A DNA stretch of 64,000 bases, taken from NCBI GenBank assembly GCA_965199855.1, contig OZ241326.1, positions 672,001 through 736,000 on the forward strand, in the 5' to 3' direction. The DNA is from a bacterium. Lineage in GTDB: Bacteria; UBA8248. The translations under genes were made by a program, and so were the position numbers. The stretch's first letter is position 1. Each line of letters starts with the position of its first letter. The notes under the pieces were generated by a model. The model did no database searches. It was not told the DNA's origin and was given only the letters and a program-made list of their open reading frames with translations. Of the stretch, positions 1 through 7,885 are shown one piece after another.

Positions 1-2
1 TC

Positions 3-287
3 TCACGGCACGCATCCCCTTTTAATCCGGCTACGATTTTTCGCCGGGCTTTTTTGCGTTCCGGCGTTTGCTTGTCTTGCTTCCCGCGTCATGTCTCCCG
101 CGATCAGTATCGCCCGTTCCATGTGTCTCCTCCCGCGCCTGTGGCCTCCCGTCCGCCTCGTGAATCGTATCGCGGTTTCCTTGCGGTCTCGTCCGCGCTC
201 CGCGTATTTGGCGACGATCGCCTTTATCTCTTTCCAGTCCGGCGGCTCGCCCTTCCCGACCTTGAGGATCGCCCCGATTTTCTTCAA
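3..287 (-). CDS. Small basic hypothetical protein (phage/plasmid-like region)
   Basis: ORF 3..344. Likely TTG start at 287 preceded by GGAGGGGG; Lys/Arg-rich; no recognisable motif. Confidence 0.4.
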   Translation of the reverse strand: MKKIGAILKVGKGEPPDWKEIKAIVAKYAERGRDRKETAIRFTRRTGGHRRGRRHMERAILIAGDMTREARQANAGTQKSPAKNRSRIKRGCVP

Positions 288-386
288 GCCCCCTCCAGCG
301 TAAGGGGGCGGCTCCCTCGCCCACGGAAGCCGCCCCCCTTTCATCTTTTTGCGGAGGTCTCATGTTCGGGCCCCCGCGCCCCTTCC

Positions 387-461
387 TCGCCACGCCACGC
401 CAAGCCTTGCCGAGCCCCGCCCCGCCGAGCCACGCCCCGCCTTGCCGAGCCCTGCCTTGCC
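387..461. repeat. Tandem pentanucleotide repeat (NNGCC)x15
   Basis: tcgcc-acgcc-acgcc-aagcc-ttgcc-gagcc-ccgcc-ccgcc-gagcc-acgcc-ccgcc-ttgcc-gagcc-ctgcc-ttgcc, read directly. Confidence 0.9.
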
Positions 462-638
462 TCGACCTGCGCCCCGCATCATGCCCGGTTTCGCCCGATC
501 CGTCCATCATGGACGCCCGCGTTCGTTCGATACGGGGCTTCCCTGCGCCCCGTTTTTTCGGCGATCGGGCGTTTCCCCGGAATGTTCACTTTTTGGGCTT
601 CGCCTGTTTTCTCCTGTTCGGTTCGCTCACGCGCCCGT

Positions 639-746
639 TCAGTTTGGCCGGAGCGCCATTAAGATGAGTAGCGCCAGCAGGATGGCGATCATCATTGCGC
701 ATCCCGCGCATCCGCATCCCGGTCCGAATATTTCTTGCCACGTCAA
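639..746 (-). CDS. 35-aa single-TM peptide MTWQEIFGPGCGCAGCAMMIAILLALLILMALRPN
   Basis: Below the ORF-track cutoff. TTG start overlaps the TGA of the upstream small ORF (TTGA); hydrophobic C-terminal helix preceded by GCGCAGC. Confidence 0.5.
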   Translation of the reverse strand: MTWQEIFGPGCGCAGCAMMIAILLALLILMALRPN

Positions 747-856
747 AGGCGGTATTTTTTTTCTGGATATTTCTCTTTGAGCGTGAAGTGTGCTAGGCAT
801 ACGAGTCCCACTAGTATCGATGCTACCAATGCTATGAATACTTCCGTGTCGCTCAT
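743..856 (-). CDS. 37-aa single-TM peptide MSDTEVFIALVASILVGLVCLAHFTLKEKYPEKKYRL
   Basis: ATGA overlap with the stop of 853..1092; acidic N-terminus, TM helix, basic C-terminus. Confidence 0.55.
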   Translation of the reverse strand: MSDTEVFIALVASILVGLVCLAHFTLKEKYPEKKYRL

Positions 857-1092
857 TTCACGCGCCCCCTGCGCCGCTTCGCGGTCTTCTTCTCCTGCCG
901 CTCCGCTTCGGGTCTGACCTCGCAGTCGTACACCGTGAAGATCAGGTATCGGAGGACATCCGAGTTGCTCGTCCGCCGGTTCCCCTCCCTCATTTTCTGT
1001 CGGATCGCGATCAGCTGCTGGTATTCCGCCTCGCTCAGCCTCACCGAGATGTTTCGCTCCTTGTAGCCGCTGTAAAGCGTGTGCGCGTCCAT
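853..1092 (-). CDS. Ribbon-helix-helix DNA-binding protein (CopG/MobC-like)
   Basis: RNISVRLSEAEYQQL...SNSDVLRYLI beta-alpha-alpha pattern; RBS GAGG upstream. Confidence 0.65.
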   Translation of the reverse strand: MDAHTLYSGYKERNISVRLSEAEYQQLIAIRQKMREGNRRTSNSDVLRYLIFTVYDCEVRPEAERQEKKTAKRRRGRVK

Positions 1093-1101
1093 GCTTTTCC
1101 T

Positions 1102-1371
1102 CTACTTCATGTCGTTCATGTATCGGCAGACGGCTTGCAGTAATTGCCTGGGGCTTACTTTTTCGATCGCAACCTGTTCGAAGTGATATTTTGCGATGCT
1201 CATTGCGATGTCGAGTTGTTGAGGTGTTGCTTTGCACTGTTTTAGCTCGGCGATTCTGATTCGCTTCGCTCTCCGGATGATTTTCGTCACTTCTTCTTGG
1301 GTCTGGCCGCTCGCCGCCCCGCCGATCGCCATTCCCGCCGCGATTGCGACCGTCATGATGATTCCCTTCAT
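1102..1371 (-). CDS. Small secreted hypothetical protein
   Basis: N-terminal signal-peptide-like MKGIIMTVAIAAGMAIGGAASG; GGAGG RBS at ~1379-1383. Confidence 0.6.
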   Translation of the reverse strand: MKGIIMTVAIAAGMAIGGAASGQTQEEVTKIIRRAKRIRIAELKQCKATPQQLDIAMSIAKYHFEQVAIEKVSPRQLLQAVCRYMNDMK

Positions 1372-1401
1372 TTTCTTTCCTCCACGTCCGCGTTACACGT
1401 G

Positions 1402-1433
1402 TTATCCACAAAGCGTAGCACTTTGTGCTACGC
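1402..1433. promoter_or_regulatory. Perfect DnaA-box 9-mer plus a 9-bp perfect inverted repeat (candidate operator or origin element)
   Basis: TTATCCACA at 1402-1410; GCGTAGCAC-TTT-GTGCTACGC at 1413-1433; directly upstream of the minus-strand small-ORF operon. Confidence 0.45.
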
Positions 1434-1619
1434 GCCCGGTCTCTTTTTCCGCTCCAGATGCCAGAGGCTTGTTCTCGCGCTCGTCAGCGCGGCCCACGTC
1501 CGCTTCTCCTCGGCGTCCGCTTTCGCGTTTAGCGGCCGCGCCCGCTTCTCCCGCCGCGCCGCCTGCCAGTTCTCTCGCGCCCGCCTCTCGCGCTCCCGCG
1601 CCGCCTCCAGCGCGCTCAT
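1428..1619 (-). CDS. Small basic helical hypothetical protein
   Basis: 63 aa; ATGA overlap with the stop of the upstream frame 1616..1756. Confidence 0.4.
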   Translation of the reverse strand: MSALEAARERERRARENWQAARREKRARPLNAKADAEEKRTWAALTSARTSLWHLERKKRPGA

Positions 1620-1756
1620 CTCTTTTTCGCCGCCTGCGCCCGCGCCCTGTTCTCCGCCGCCTGCGTCCGGCGCCGCTCGTATGCCCTGTCGCGCCGCTCG
1701 GCTTCGATTTGGCCCAGTCTGATCAGTTCCCGCGCCGCCTTGCCCTTCGACCAGCC
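1616..1756 (-). pseudogene. 5'-truncated fragment of a probable RHH-type regulator
   Basis: Frame reads GWSKGKAARELIRLGQIEAERRDRAYERRRTQAAENRARAQAAKKR*. No start codon; in-frame TAG at 1757-1759. Confidence 0.4.
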
Positions 1757-2297
1757 CTATAGCTCCTCGTTCCGGCGAGCGCCTCGGCGACGAGGGCCGG
1801 ATAGGCTTCGACCACGATTCTTCTGCTTCCGTTCGGTCTGCAGGGAATGATGCTCGCTCCGCTGCGGAGAAGCCTCGGCGCGCCCTGAAAAAACATTTTG
1901 CCCACCGGTTGATGAGTGAGTTTCATAGGACTTATTGATTTCGCGAGCTCGTCGGTGGCGCGGCGATGCTCCTTCTGTCTAGGGGGTTGCTTGTCTTGAT
2001 ACTTTTTCAGTTTGTCCTCGAACTTGCTTTTCCCGAGACGCTCTACGCGGGCGACGTAATCCTTCCATGCGAGTGGCCACCCGAACGCGCGGATCAACCT
2101 GCGCGGTTGGCCGAACGGCAGGTCGATGCCCGCCACCCATGGCCCGCGAGCGCGAAGCGTCCGCTCGAACGAATCAAAATCAGTAAGCGGCCTCACGCAT
2201 GAGACAAGGAGCTCATCGTCCGCCAACTCGCATTCCGCGACTGTGATCGGCTTGCTTTTTTAGGGGCGCTGGTGAAGTCGATGCCCAGGATTCTCAT
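1723..2297 (-). pseudogene. DUF429-family (RNase H-like fold) protein, frameshifted and 3'-truncated
   Basis: MRILGIDFTSAP start at 2297; frame change at the T6 run 2256-2261; continues KPITVAECEL...GIDLPFGQP...VVEAYPALVA; ends abruptly after RSY. Confidence 0.7.
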
Positions 2298-2299
2298 CC

Positions 2300-3028
2300 T
2301 CACCCCCTCTTCCATTGGGAGAAGTCGAGCCACCAGGATTCGCGGACGGCGTTTTTGAGCATGGGCCGCATCGCCTCGCTTCGGGGGGTTCCATAAGCGG
2401 CCCGGGCCCATGCGTCGGCGGTCGGGACGCGGGGGTCTTCGAGCTCGTAGAGGGCGAGGAGGGAGCGGCGGCTCGTCCTCGTCTCCTGGATTTCCGCCTC
2501 CGCCGTCGCCCCGCCGGTGGCGGCGGCCTCGAGCTGATAGACACGCCCCCGCTTCACGCCCTCCACCTCGAGGAGGCGGGCGAGATGCTCCTCTCGATAC
2601 CAGGCCAGCATCTCCTCCTTCGCCGCCTCGCTCTCGGGGCCGGGGCTCACCATGTAGAGCCAGGGGGCGTCGTAGCGGTGCGGGGCGCCGACCGACGCCT
2701 GCAGGCTGAACACGGCGCGCTCGGCGCCGCGGATGAAGGCCATGCACCGCCGCGTCCAGGGGGTGGGGCTGTTTCTCGATTCGAGATAGTAGGCGCTCTC
2801 GAAGGCGGCCAGGTCGTCGCCCTCGAAGACGCAGAGGAAGTCGTGGGGCGCGCTCTCCTCCATCGCGCGGTAGCGGAGGCCGGCGCGGAAGCCGGGGCCG
2901 TCCAGCCGCTCGGCGGCGTGCTCGCAGTTGTGCCACCTGCGGAATTCCTCGCGGTTCTCGGGCGCGACGTTCAGCCAGATGGCGACGAGCGCCCGCGTCT
3001 CCCGCATCCGCCTCGCCTCTCCCGTCAT
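2300..3028 (-). CDS. DUF4286/EthD-like two-domain protein
   Basis: Two internal repeats of W(H/Y)xxEHxxxxLxxxG...Y; ATGA overlap with the upstream gene. Confidence 0.7.
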   Translation of the reverse strand: MTGEARRMRETRALVAIWLNVAPENREEFRRWHNCEHAAERLDGPGFRAGLRYRAMEESAPHDFLCVFEGDDLAAFESAYYLESRNSPTPWTRRCMAFIRGAERAVFSLQASVGAPHRYDAPWLYMVSPGPESEAAKEEMLAWYREEHLARLLEVEGVKRGRVYQLEAAATGGATAEAEIQETRTSRRSLLALYELEDPRVPTADAWARAAYGTPRSEAMRPMLKNAVRESWWLDFSQWKRG

Positions 3029-4452
3029 TCGATGCCCGCGAGCCGCTTCGCGTAGGCGACGGCGGGGCCGACCTCGTGCTCGCGCCAGATGGTCATCTTC
3101 TCCGCCTCGATGCTGCCCTCCGCGTGAATCGCCAGCACGGCCTGGTAGCCGGCGAAGTCCGACGCCGTGATCTCCGCGATGAGGTTCATCAGCCGGAGCC
3201 TCTCCTCCGCCGAGGCGGCGGGGGCGGCGCCCAGGTATCTGTCGATGAGCGCGGCGAGCGCCGGGTCTTCCATGTCCTCCGCGCTCGGCCCGGTGACGAG
3301 CAGGCCGCCCGCGATGTCCTGCGCCCGGGCGATCGCCTGGTGGTAGCCCTCGGCGAAGTGGAGCTTGGCGACGTTGATGAGCTCCGCGTTCGGCACGGCG
3401 ACGCCCTCAACCATCCGGCATTCGCGGGCGGCCTCGCGCGTCATGCCCCGGCAGATCCGCGCGTAGGAGATGAGCCGGGCGAGCTTGTCGCGCACGTGGT
3501 TCGCCCGCAGGACGCCGTTGTACTCCGCCATGAGGTGGGAGGCGCCCACGAGCAGGTCCACGAGCGGCAGCTTGTAGCTCACGGCGGTGAAGCGGTGGAA
3601 CTCCACGAAGGTCTTCGCCAGGGGGCCTGCCATCTCCACCTCCCCGTTCAGGAACACGCGCTCCCAAGGCACCTTCACGTCCTCGAATACGGTGAGCGTC
3701 TCCATCATCTTGTGCCGGGCGGAGATGGGGTTCTCGAAGGCGGGCCCCGTCCTCCCCCCGTAGCCGCTGGCCAGCATGGTGAGGCCCGGCGCGTTCGCCG
3801 GGACGGCGCAGGCGATCGCGTAGGCCTCGTCCCCCTCGCCCATGCTGCGCGTCGGCAGCACGATGATCTCGTGCGCGTTCGCGGAGACCGAGGTGTGAAC
3901 CTTCGCCCCGCGCAGGGTGACGCCCTCCTCGTCCCGGGCGGCAACGCGGACGTAGTAGTCCGGGTGGGCCTGCCGGCGGGGGCCTTTTCCCCTGTCTCCC
4001 TTCGCGTCGGTCTGGGCGACGGCGACGGCCAGGTCGTTGTCGCGGCAGTGGCGGTGGAACTTCTCGACGCGGGCGAGGTAGTCCGTCCCCCGCTCCCTGT
4101 CCACGCGCGCGGCGAGGAGGCGCAGGGCGAAGAGGGCGTCGCTGCCGATCTCCTTGATCAGGACGACGAGCGCGCCGCCCAGGGCCGTGGCGCGCTCGAT
4201 GAGGGCGCTTCTCTTCAGAAGGTCGTCCGCGCTCGCCGGGACGTGGTAATAGCGGGAATAGGGGCCGTCGTCGCCCCGGACGATCGCCAGCTCCGCTTCG
4301 GTCTCCGCCATTTCGTAGTCGATGGCGGCGTGGTCCACCGCGATCCCGATGACGGGATGAGAGGCGACGTCCTCCACCCGCTCGCCCCGGTAATAGACCG
4401 CGCGCCCGTCGCGCAGGCTTCTCCTGTATTCGTCGGGGGTCATAAGGGGCAT
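3025..4452 (-). CDS. 4-hydroxyphenylacetate 3-hydroxylase (HpaB) / 4-hydroxybutyryl-CoA dehydratase family flavoprotein
   Basis: YRRSLRDGRAVYYRGERVEDV, AQTDAKGDR, GAKVHTS, IVLPT, FEDVKVPWERVFL, HAEGS motifs. Confidence 0.85.
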   Translation of the reverse strand: MPLMTPDEYRRSLRDGRAVYYRGERVEDVASHPVIGIAVDHAAIDYEMAETEAELAIVRGDDGPYSRYYHVPASADDLLKRSALIERATALGGALVVLIKEIGSDALFALRLLAARVDRERGTDYLARVEKFHRHCRDNDLAVAVAQTDAKGDRGKGPRRQAHPDYYVRVAARDEEGVTLRGAKVHTSVSANAHEIIVLPTRSMGEGDEAYAIACAVPANAPGLTMLASGYGGRTGPAFENPISARHKMMETLTVFEDVKVPWERVFLNGEVEMAGPLAKTFVEFHRFTAVSYKLPLVDLLVGASHLMAEYNGVLRANHVRDKLARLISYARICRGMTREAARECRMVEGVAVPNAELINVAKLHFAEGYHQAIARAQDIAGGLLVTGPSAEDMEDPALAALIDRYLGAAPAASAEERLRLMNLIAEITASDFAGYQAVLAIHAEGSIEAEKMTIWREHEVGPAVAYAKRLAGIE

Positions 4453-4522
4453 GGCGCCTTCCTTCTCCTTCGGGGGCGGCGGACGCGCCCGCTTTCGCCC
4501 GGCGGCGAGCGGCGGAAAGGCG

Positions 4523-4780
4523 TCAGCTTCCGGCGAGTTCGGCCAGCTTTCCTTCCCTGTCCCAGGCCTGCAGCTGCGGCATTCCGCCGATGGCCTCGTC
4601 GTCGATGACGATCTGCGGTGCCGACTTTCCGCCGGTGCGCGCCATCATGGCCTCCCATTCGGGCGTCCCGCCGAACACCAGATGCTCCGTCCATTCGAGT
4701 CCGCGCTTTTTCAGGAGATTCTTCGCGGCGATGCAGAAGGCGCAGGGCTCGGTGGTGTAGATCTCGATGCGGGCCGCCAT
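4523..4780 (-). CDS. grxC: Glutaredoxin 3-like
   Basis: IEIYTTEPCAFC (CxxC) and SAPQIVIDDEAIGG; GGAG RBS before ATG 4780. Confidence 0.8.
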   Translation of the reverse strand: MAARIEIYTTEPCAFCIAAKNLLKKRGLEWTEHLVFGGTPEWEAMMARTGGKSAPQIVIDDEAIGGMPQLQAWDREGKLAELAGS

Positions 4781-4920
4781 TTTCTTCTCCATGAAAGGGT
4801 GGGTGGATGGGCTCCATCGCTCTTGGCGCGATGCGCCGCCCCAGCATAGCAGACCCGCGCGGCGGCGTCATCCGGCGGCGCGGCGGGCCTTCTCCCCCTT
4901 GCTCCCCGCGCGGGAATTTA

Positions 4921-4949
4921 TTGACACGGGCGGCGAAAGAAAATATACA
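4921..4949 (+). promoter_or_regulatory. Sigma70-like promoter of the polyamine operon
   Basis: TTGACA (4921-4926), 17-nt spacer, TATACA (4944-4949) in an AT-rich patch. Confidence 0.55.
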
Positions 4950-5157
4950 TGGGCGCGGCAGATCCGGCGCGCGCGGCTCCGCCTTTGGCTTCGCGCGCCC
5001 TCCCGCGGTGCTCTCGCGCGGGGGCGGGCGGCGCGGCTCCCTTTTCGGGAGCTTTTGGGGATTCCGCGCGGCTTCCGGGTTCGGAGCGAACGCGGGGGAG
5101 GTTCGGCGCGGGGGGCGGCTTCGGCTCGCGTCCGTCCGCGCCCGGAGGAAGCGGGCT

Positions 5158-5550
5158 TTGATTGTTCTGGGCCGCCACCTTCTGGCGGAGTTTCACGACT
5201 GCGGCGCGGACGCGCTCGACGATCCCGTCCGGGTCGAGCGGCTGATGAACGAGGCCGCCCGCCTGAGCGGCGCCACCGTCGTGCGGAGCGTGTTTCACGC
5301 CTTCAGCCCCCACGGGGTGAGCGGGGTGGTCGTCGTGGAGGAGAGCCACCTCGCGGTTCACACCTGGCCGGAATACCGCTACGCCGCGGTCGATTACTTC
5401 TACTGCGGCGACCTCGACTGCGGAGCGGCGCTGCGGCGCCTCGAAGAGGGCCTTCTCGCCGCGCGCGTGGAGACGAAAGAGGTGGCGCGGGGCGTGGTTC
5501 GCCGGCGCGAGGCTTCCCTGAGCCTGCCTTTCGCTTCGGGCGGAGAATGA
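5158..5550 (+). CDS. speH: S-adenosylmethionine decarboxylase proenzyme (class 1B)
   Basis: GRHLLAEF, FSPHGVSGVVVVEESHLAVHTWPE (E-SH autocleavage site), DYFYCG; TTG start after GGAGG. Confidence 0.9.
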   Translation: MIVLGRHLLAEFHDCGADALDDPVRVERLMNEAARLSGATVVRSVFHAFSPHGVSGVVVVEESHLAVHTWPEYRYAAVDYFYCGDLDCGAALRRLEEGLLAARVETKEVARGVVRRREASLSLPFASGGE

Positions 5551-5591
5551 GGGGCTCCTCTCCCGTTCCGGGACGCGGAGGCGCGGAAGCG

Positions 5592-6059
5592 ATGCTCATC
5601 CCCATTCCCACGAAGTATTTCATGGCGCATGGACGCGCGGAGGGGCCGAGCGCGCTCAACGCCTTCGACGCCGCGCTGATGGACGCGGGCGTGGGCGACG
5701 TGAACCTCGTGCGCCTGAGCAGCATCCTCCCGCCGCGCTGCGAGGAGATTCCCCCGCCGCGGCTGCCCCAGGGCGCGCTGGTTCCCGCCGCCTACGCCTC
5801 GGCGTCCTCGGACGAGCCGGGCCGCGTCATCGCCGCCGCGGTGGCCGTCGCCATTCCCGAGGACGAGGCGCGCTGCGGCCTCATCATGGAGCATCACGAC
5901 CGCGCCCCGCGCGCGGCGGTGGAGGAGAGGGCCAGACGCATGGCGGAGGCGGGCATGGCGCTGCGCGGAGAGCGCGTCAGGGAAATCAGGAGCGCCGCCG
6001 CCGAGCACGTCGTGCGGAGCGCGGGCGCCGCTTTCGCGGGCGTAATCCTTTGGAGCTGA
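5592..6059 (+). CDS. pdaD: Pyruvoyl-dependent arginine decarboxylase
   Basis: LNAFDAALMDAGVGDVNLVRLSSILPP (S-S cleavage motif). Confidence 0.9.
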   Translation: MLIPIPTKYFMAHGRAEGPSALNAFDAALMDAGVGDVNLVRLSSILPPRCEEIPPPRLPQGALVPAAYASASSDEPGRVIAAAVAVAIPEDEARCGLIMEHHDRAPRAAVEERARRMAEAGMALRGERVREIRSAAAEHVVRSAGAAFAGVILWS

Positions 6060-6073
6060 GAAAGGTGCCCTTC

Positions 6074-6931
6074 ATGCCCCCGCGCCCCCCCGACAAGGGG
6101 GCGTTCTGGTTCACCGAATACCACGGCCCCGGCACCGGCCTGGCCCTCAAGGTGCGGCGAACCCTGTATTCCGCCAGAAGCGCTCATCAGGAGATCGCCC
6201 TGGTCGAGACGGAGGACTTCGGCCGCGCCCTCCTGCTGGACGGCGCCGTCCAAACCACCGAGCGCGACGAGTTCGTCTATCACGAGATGCTGGTTCACGT
6301 GCCCCTGTGCGCCCACCCCGCCCCCCGGAGCGTGGCCGTCATCGGGGGCGGCGACGGCGGCTGCGCGCGCGAGGCGCTCAGGCACGCGACGGTCGAGCGG
6401 GTGGCGCTCGTCGAGATAGACGCCATGGTGGTGGAGTGCTGCCGCGAGTTTCTGCCGACCATCGCGGGAAGGCTCGACGACCCCCGGGTGGAGGTGCGGA
6501 TCGAGGACGGCGCGAAGTTCATCGAGCGGCATCGGGGGGCGTTCGACGTGATCCTGGTGGATTCCACGGACCCGGTCGCCATGGCCGGGCCCCTGACGCG
6601 CCTCCCCTTCCTGCGGGCGGCGCGGCGCGCGCTTGCGCCCCATGGCCTCTACGCCGCGCAGACGCAGGGGCCCGTGTTCGAGGGCCGGCGGATGCGGAGC
6701 GTCTCCCGGCGGGTCGGGAGGGCGTTTCCGGGCGCCTCGTTCTACCTGGCGGGCGTGCCCACCTATCCCGGGGGCGTCTGGTCGTTCGCCCTGGCCTCGA
6801 AGTCCGGCAGGCGGATGAGCCGCGTGAAGCCCAGGCCGCTCCCCGCGCGCGAGAAGACCCACTACTACTCCCCCGCCGTCCACGAGGCCGCCTTCGCGCT
6901 CCCGCCCTACGTGGCGGAGATGCTGCGCTGA
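6074..6931 (+). CDS. speE: Polyamine aminopropyltransferase (spermidine synthase)
   Basis: LLLDGAVQTTERDEFVYHEML, IGGGDGG, VEID, DVILVDSTDP, PTYPGG. Confidence 0.93.
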   Translation: MPPRPPDKGAFWFTEYHGPGTGLALKVRRTLYSARSAHQEIALVETEDFGRALLLDGAVQTTERDEFVYHEMLVHVPLCAHPAPRSVAVIGGGDGGCAREALRHATVERVALVEIDAMVVECCREFLPTIAGRLDDPRVEVRIEDGAKFIERHRGAFDVILVDSTDPVAMAGPLTRLPFLRAARRALAPHGLYAAQTQGPVFEGRRMRSVSRRVGRAFPGASFYLAGVPTYPGGVWSFALASKSGRRMSRVKPRPLPAREKTHYYSPAVHEAAFALPPYVAEMLR

Positions 6932-7785
6932 TGGACGAGGCGGCGCCCCGCTTCCTTTGCGCGGAGACGCCGATCGAGGCGGCGCGCGTCGTTCTGCTGG
7001 GCTGTCCCTTCGACGCGACGGCGAGCTTCCGCAGGGGGGCGCGCCTGGGGCCCGACGCCATCCGGCGCGCCTCGGAGGTTCTCGAAACCTACAGCCCGCG
7101 TCTGGACGCGGATCTGGCGGACGCCGCCCTGCGCGACTGCGGGGACGTCGATTGCGCCTCCGATGACGCGGAGGCCGCCTTGGCGGCCATCCGCGCCGCC
7201 GCCTCCGGGGCGTTCCGCGCGGGCAGGCGGCCGCTCTTCCTGGGCGGGGAGCATCTGGTGAGCCTCCCCCTGATCGAGGCGGCGCTGGAGTCCTTCCCCG
7301 GCCTCGCCGTGCTTCAATGGGACGCGCACGCGGACCTGCGGGAGTCGTATCTGGGGGAGCGCCTCTCGCACGCCTGCGTCATGCGGCGCGTCCTCGAGCT
7401 GGAGGGGGTCGGGCCGCTGCGCCAGTTCGGCGTCCGCTCGGGGACGCGGGCCGAGTTCGCGTGGATGCGCGCGAACGGCACGGCGCGCCCCCTCGCGCCG
7501 GGGAGCCTGGAGGCGGAACTGCGCGAAATCGGCGGGCGGCCGGCGTATCTCACGATAGACGTGGACGTCCTCAGCCCCGCCGAGATGCCCGGCACGGGAA
7601 CGCCCGAGCCCGGCGGCCCCCGCTTCGGGGAGCTGGAGGCGTGCCTCCGCGTCCTCGGGGAATCGGGCGCGCGGGTGGTCGGGGCGGATATCGTGGAGCT
7701 CGCCCCCGAGTGGGACGCCTCCGGCGCGAGCGCGGTCGCCGCCGCCAAGCTCGCCCGAGAACTGGCGCTCATCCTGAGCGCGTGA
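6931..7785 (+). CDS. speB: Agmatinase
   Basis: PFDATASFRRGARLGP, GGEH, DAHADLR, DVDVL, GTGTPEPGG; TGATG coupling to speE. Confidence 0.92.
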   Translation: MDEAAPRFLCAETPIEAARVVLLGCPFDATASFRRGARLGPDAIRRASEVLETYSPRLDADLADAALRDCGDVDCASDDAEAALAAIRAAASGAFRAGRRPLFLGGEHLVSLPLIEAALESFPGLAVLQWDAHADLRESYLGERLSHACVMRRVLELEGVGPLRQFGVRSGTRAEFAWMRANGTARPLAPGSLEAELREIGGRPAYLTIDVDVLSPAEMPGTGTPEPGGPRFGELEACLRVLGESGARVVGADIVELAPEWDASGASAVAAAKLARELALILSA

Positions 7786-7885
7786 GGGGGGGCGTCGAGG
7801 GCTTGCGGGTCCATCGTTTTGCGGTATTGTATACGGTATGCTTTGAAGGCTGTCAGTCCGGCGAGAAGCGGGCAAGCCCTTTCAC

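Noticed and set aside
31-510. 159-aa ORF spanning the pentamer repeat
   Set aside because: Its low-complexity translation is dictated by the DNA repeat and it overlaps a better ORF; it cannot be supported.
1402-1410. Chromosomal oriC
   Set aside because: Only one DnaA box, no AT-rich unwinding element, and no dnaA/dnaN/gidA context.
3025-4452. 4-hydroxybutyryl-CoA dehydratase as a marker of carbon fixation
   Set aside because: The Fe-S-ligating cysteine motif is not visible and there is no supporting pathway context.
4950-5157. SAM or other known riboswitch in the spe leader
   Set aside because: No recognisable consensus by eye; GC-rich pairing alone is not evidence.
6929-6933. UGA readthrough fusing speE and speB, and similar TGA ends elsewhere
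   Set aside because: This is ordinary TGATG/ATGA translational coupling with a frame change, not at a Cys position, and no SECIS was noticed.
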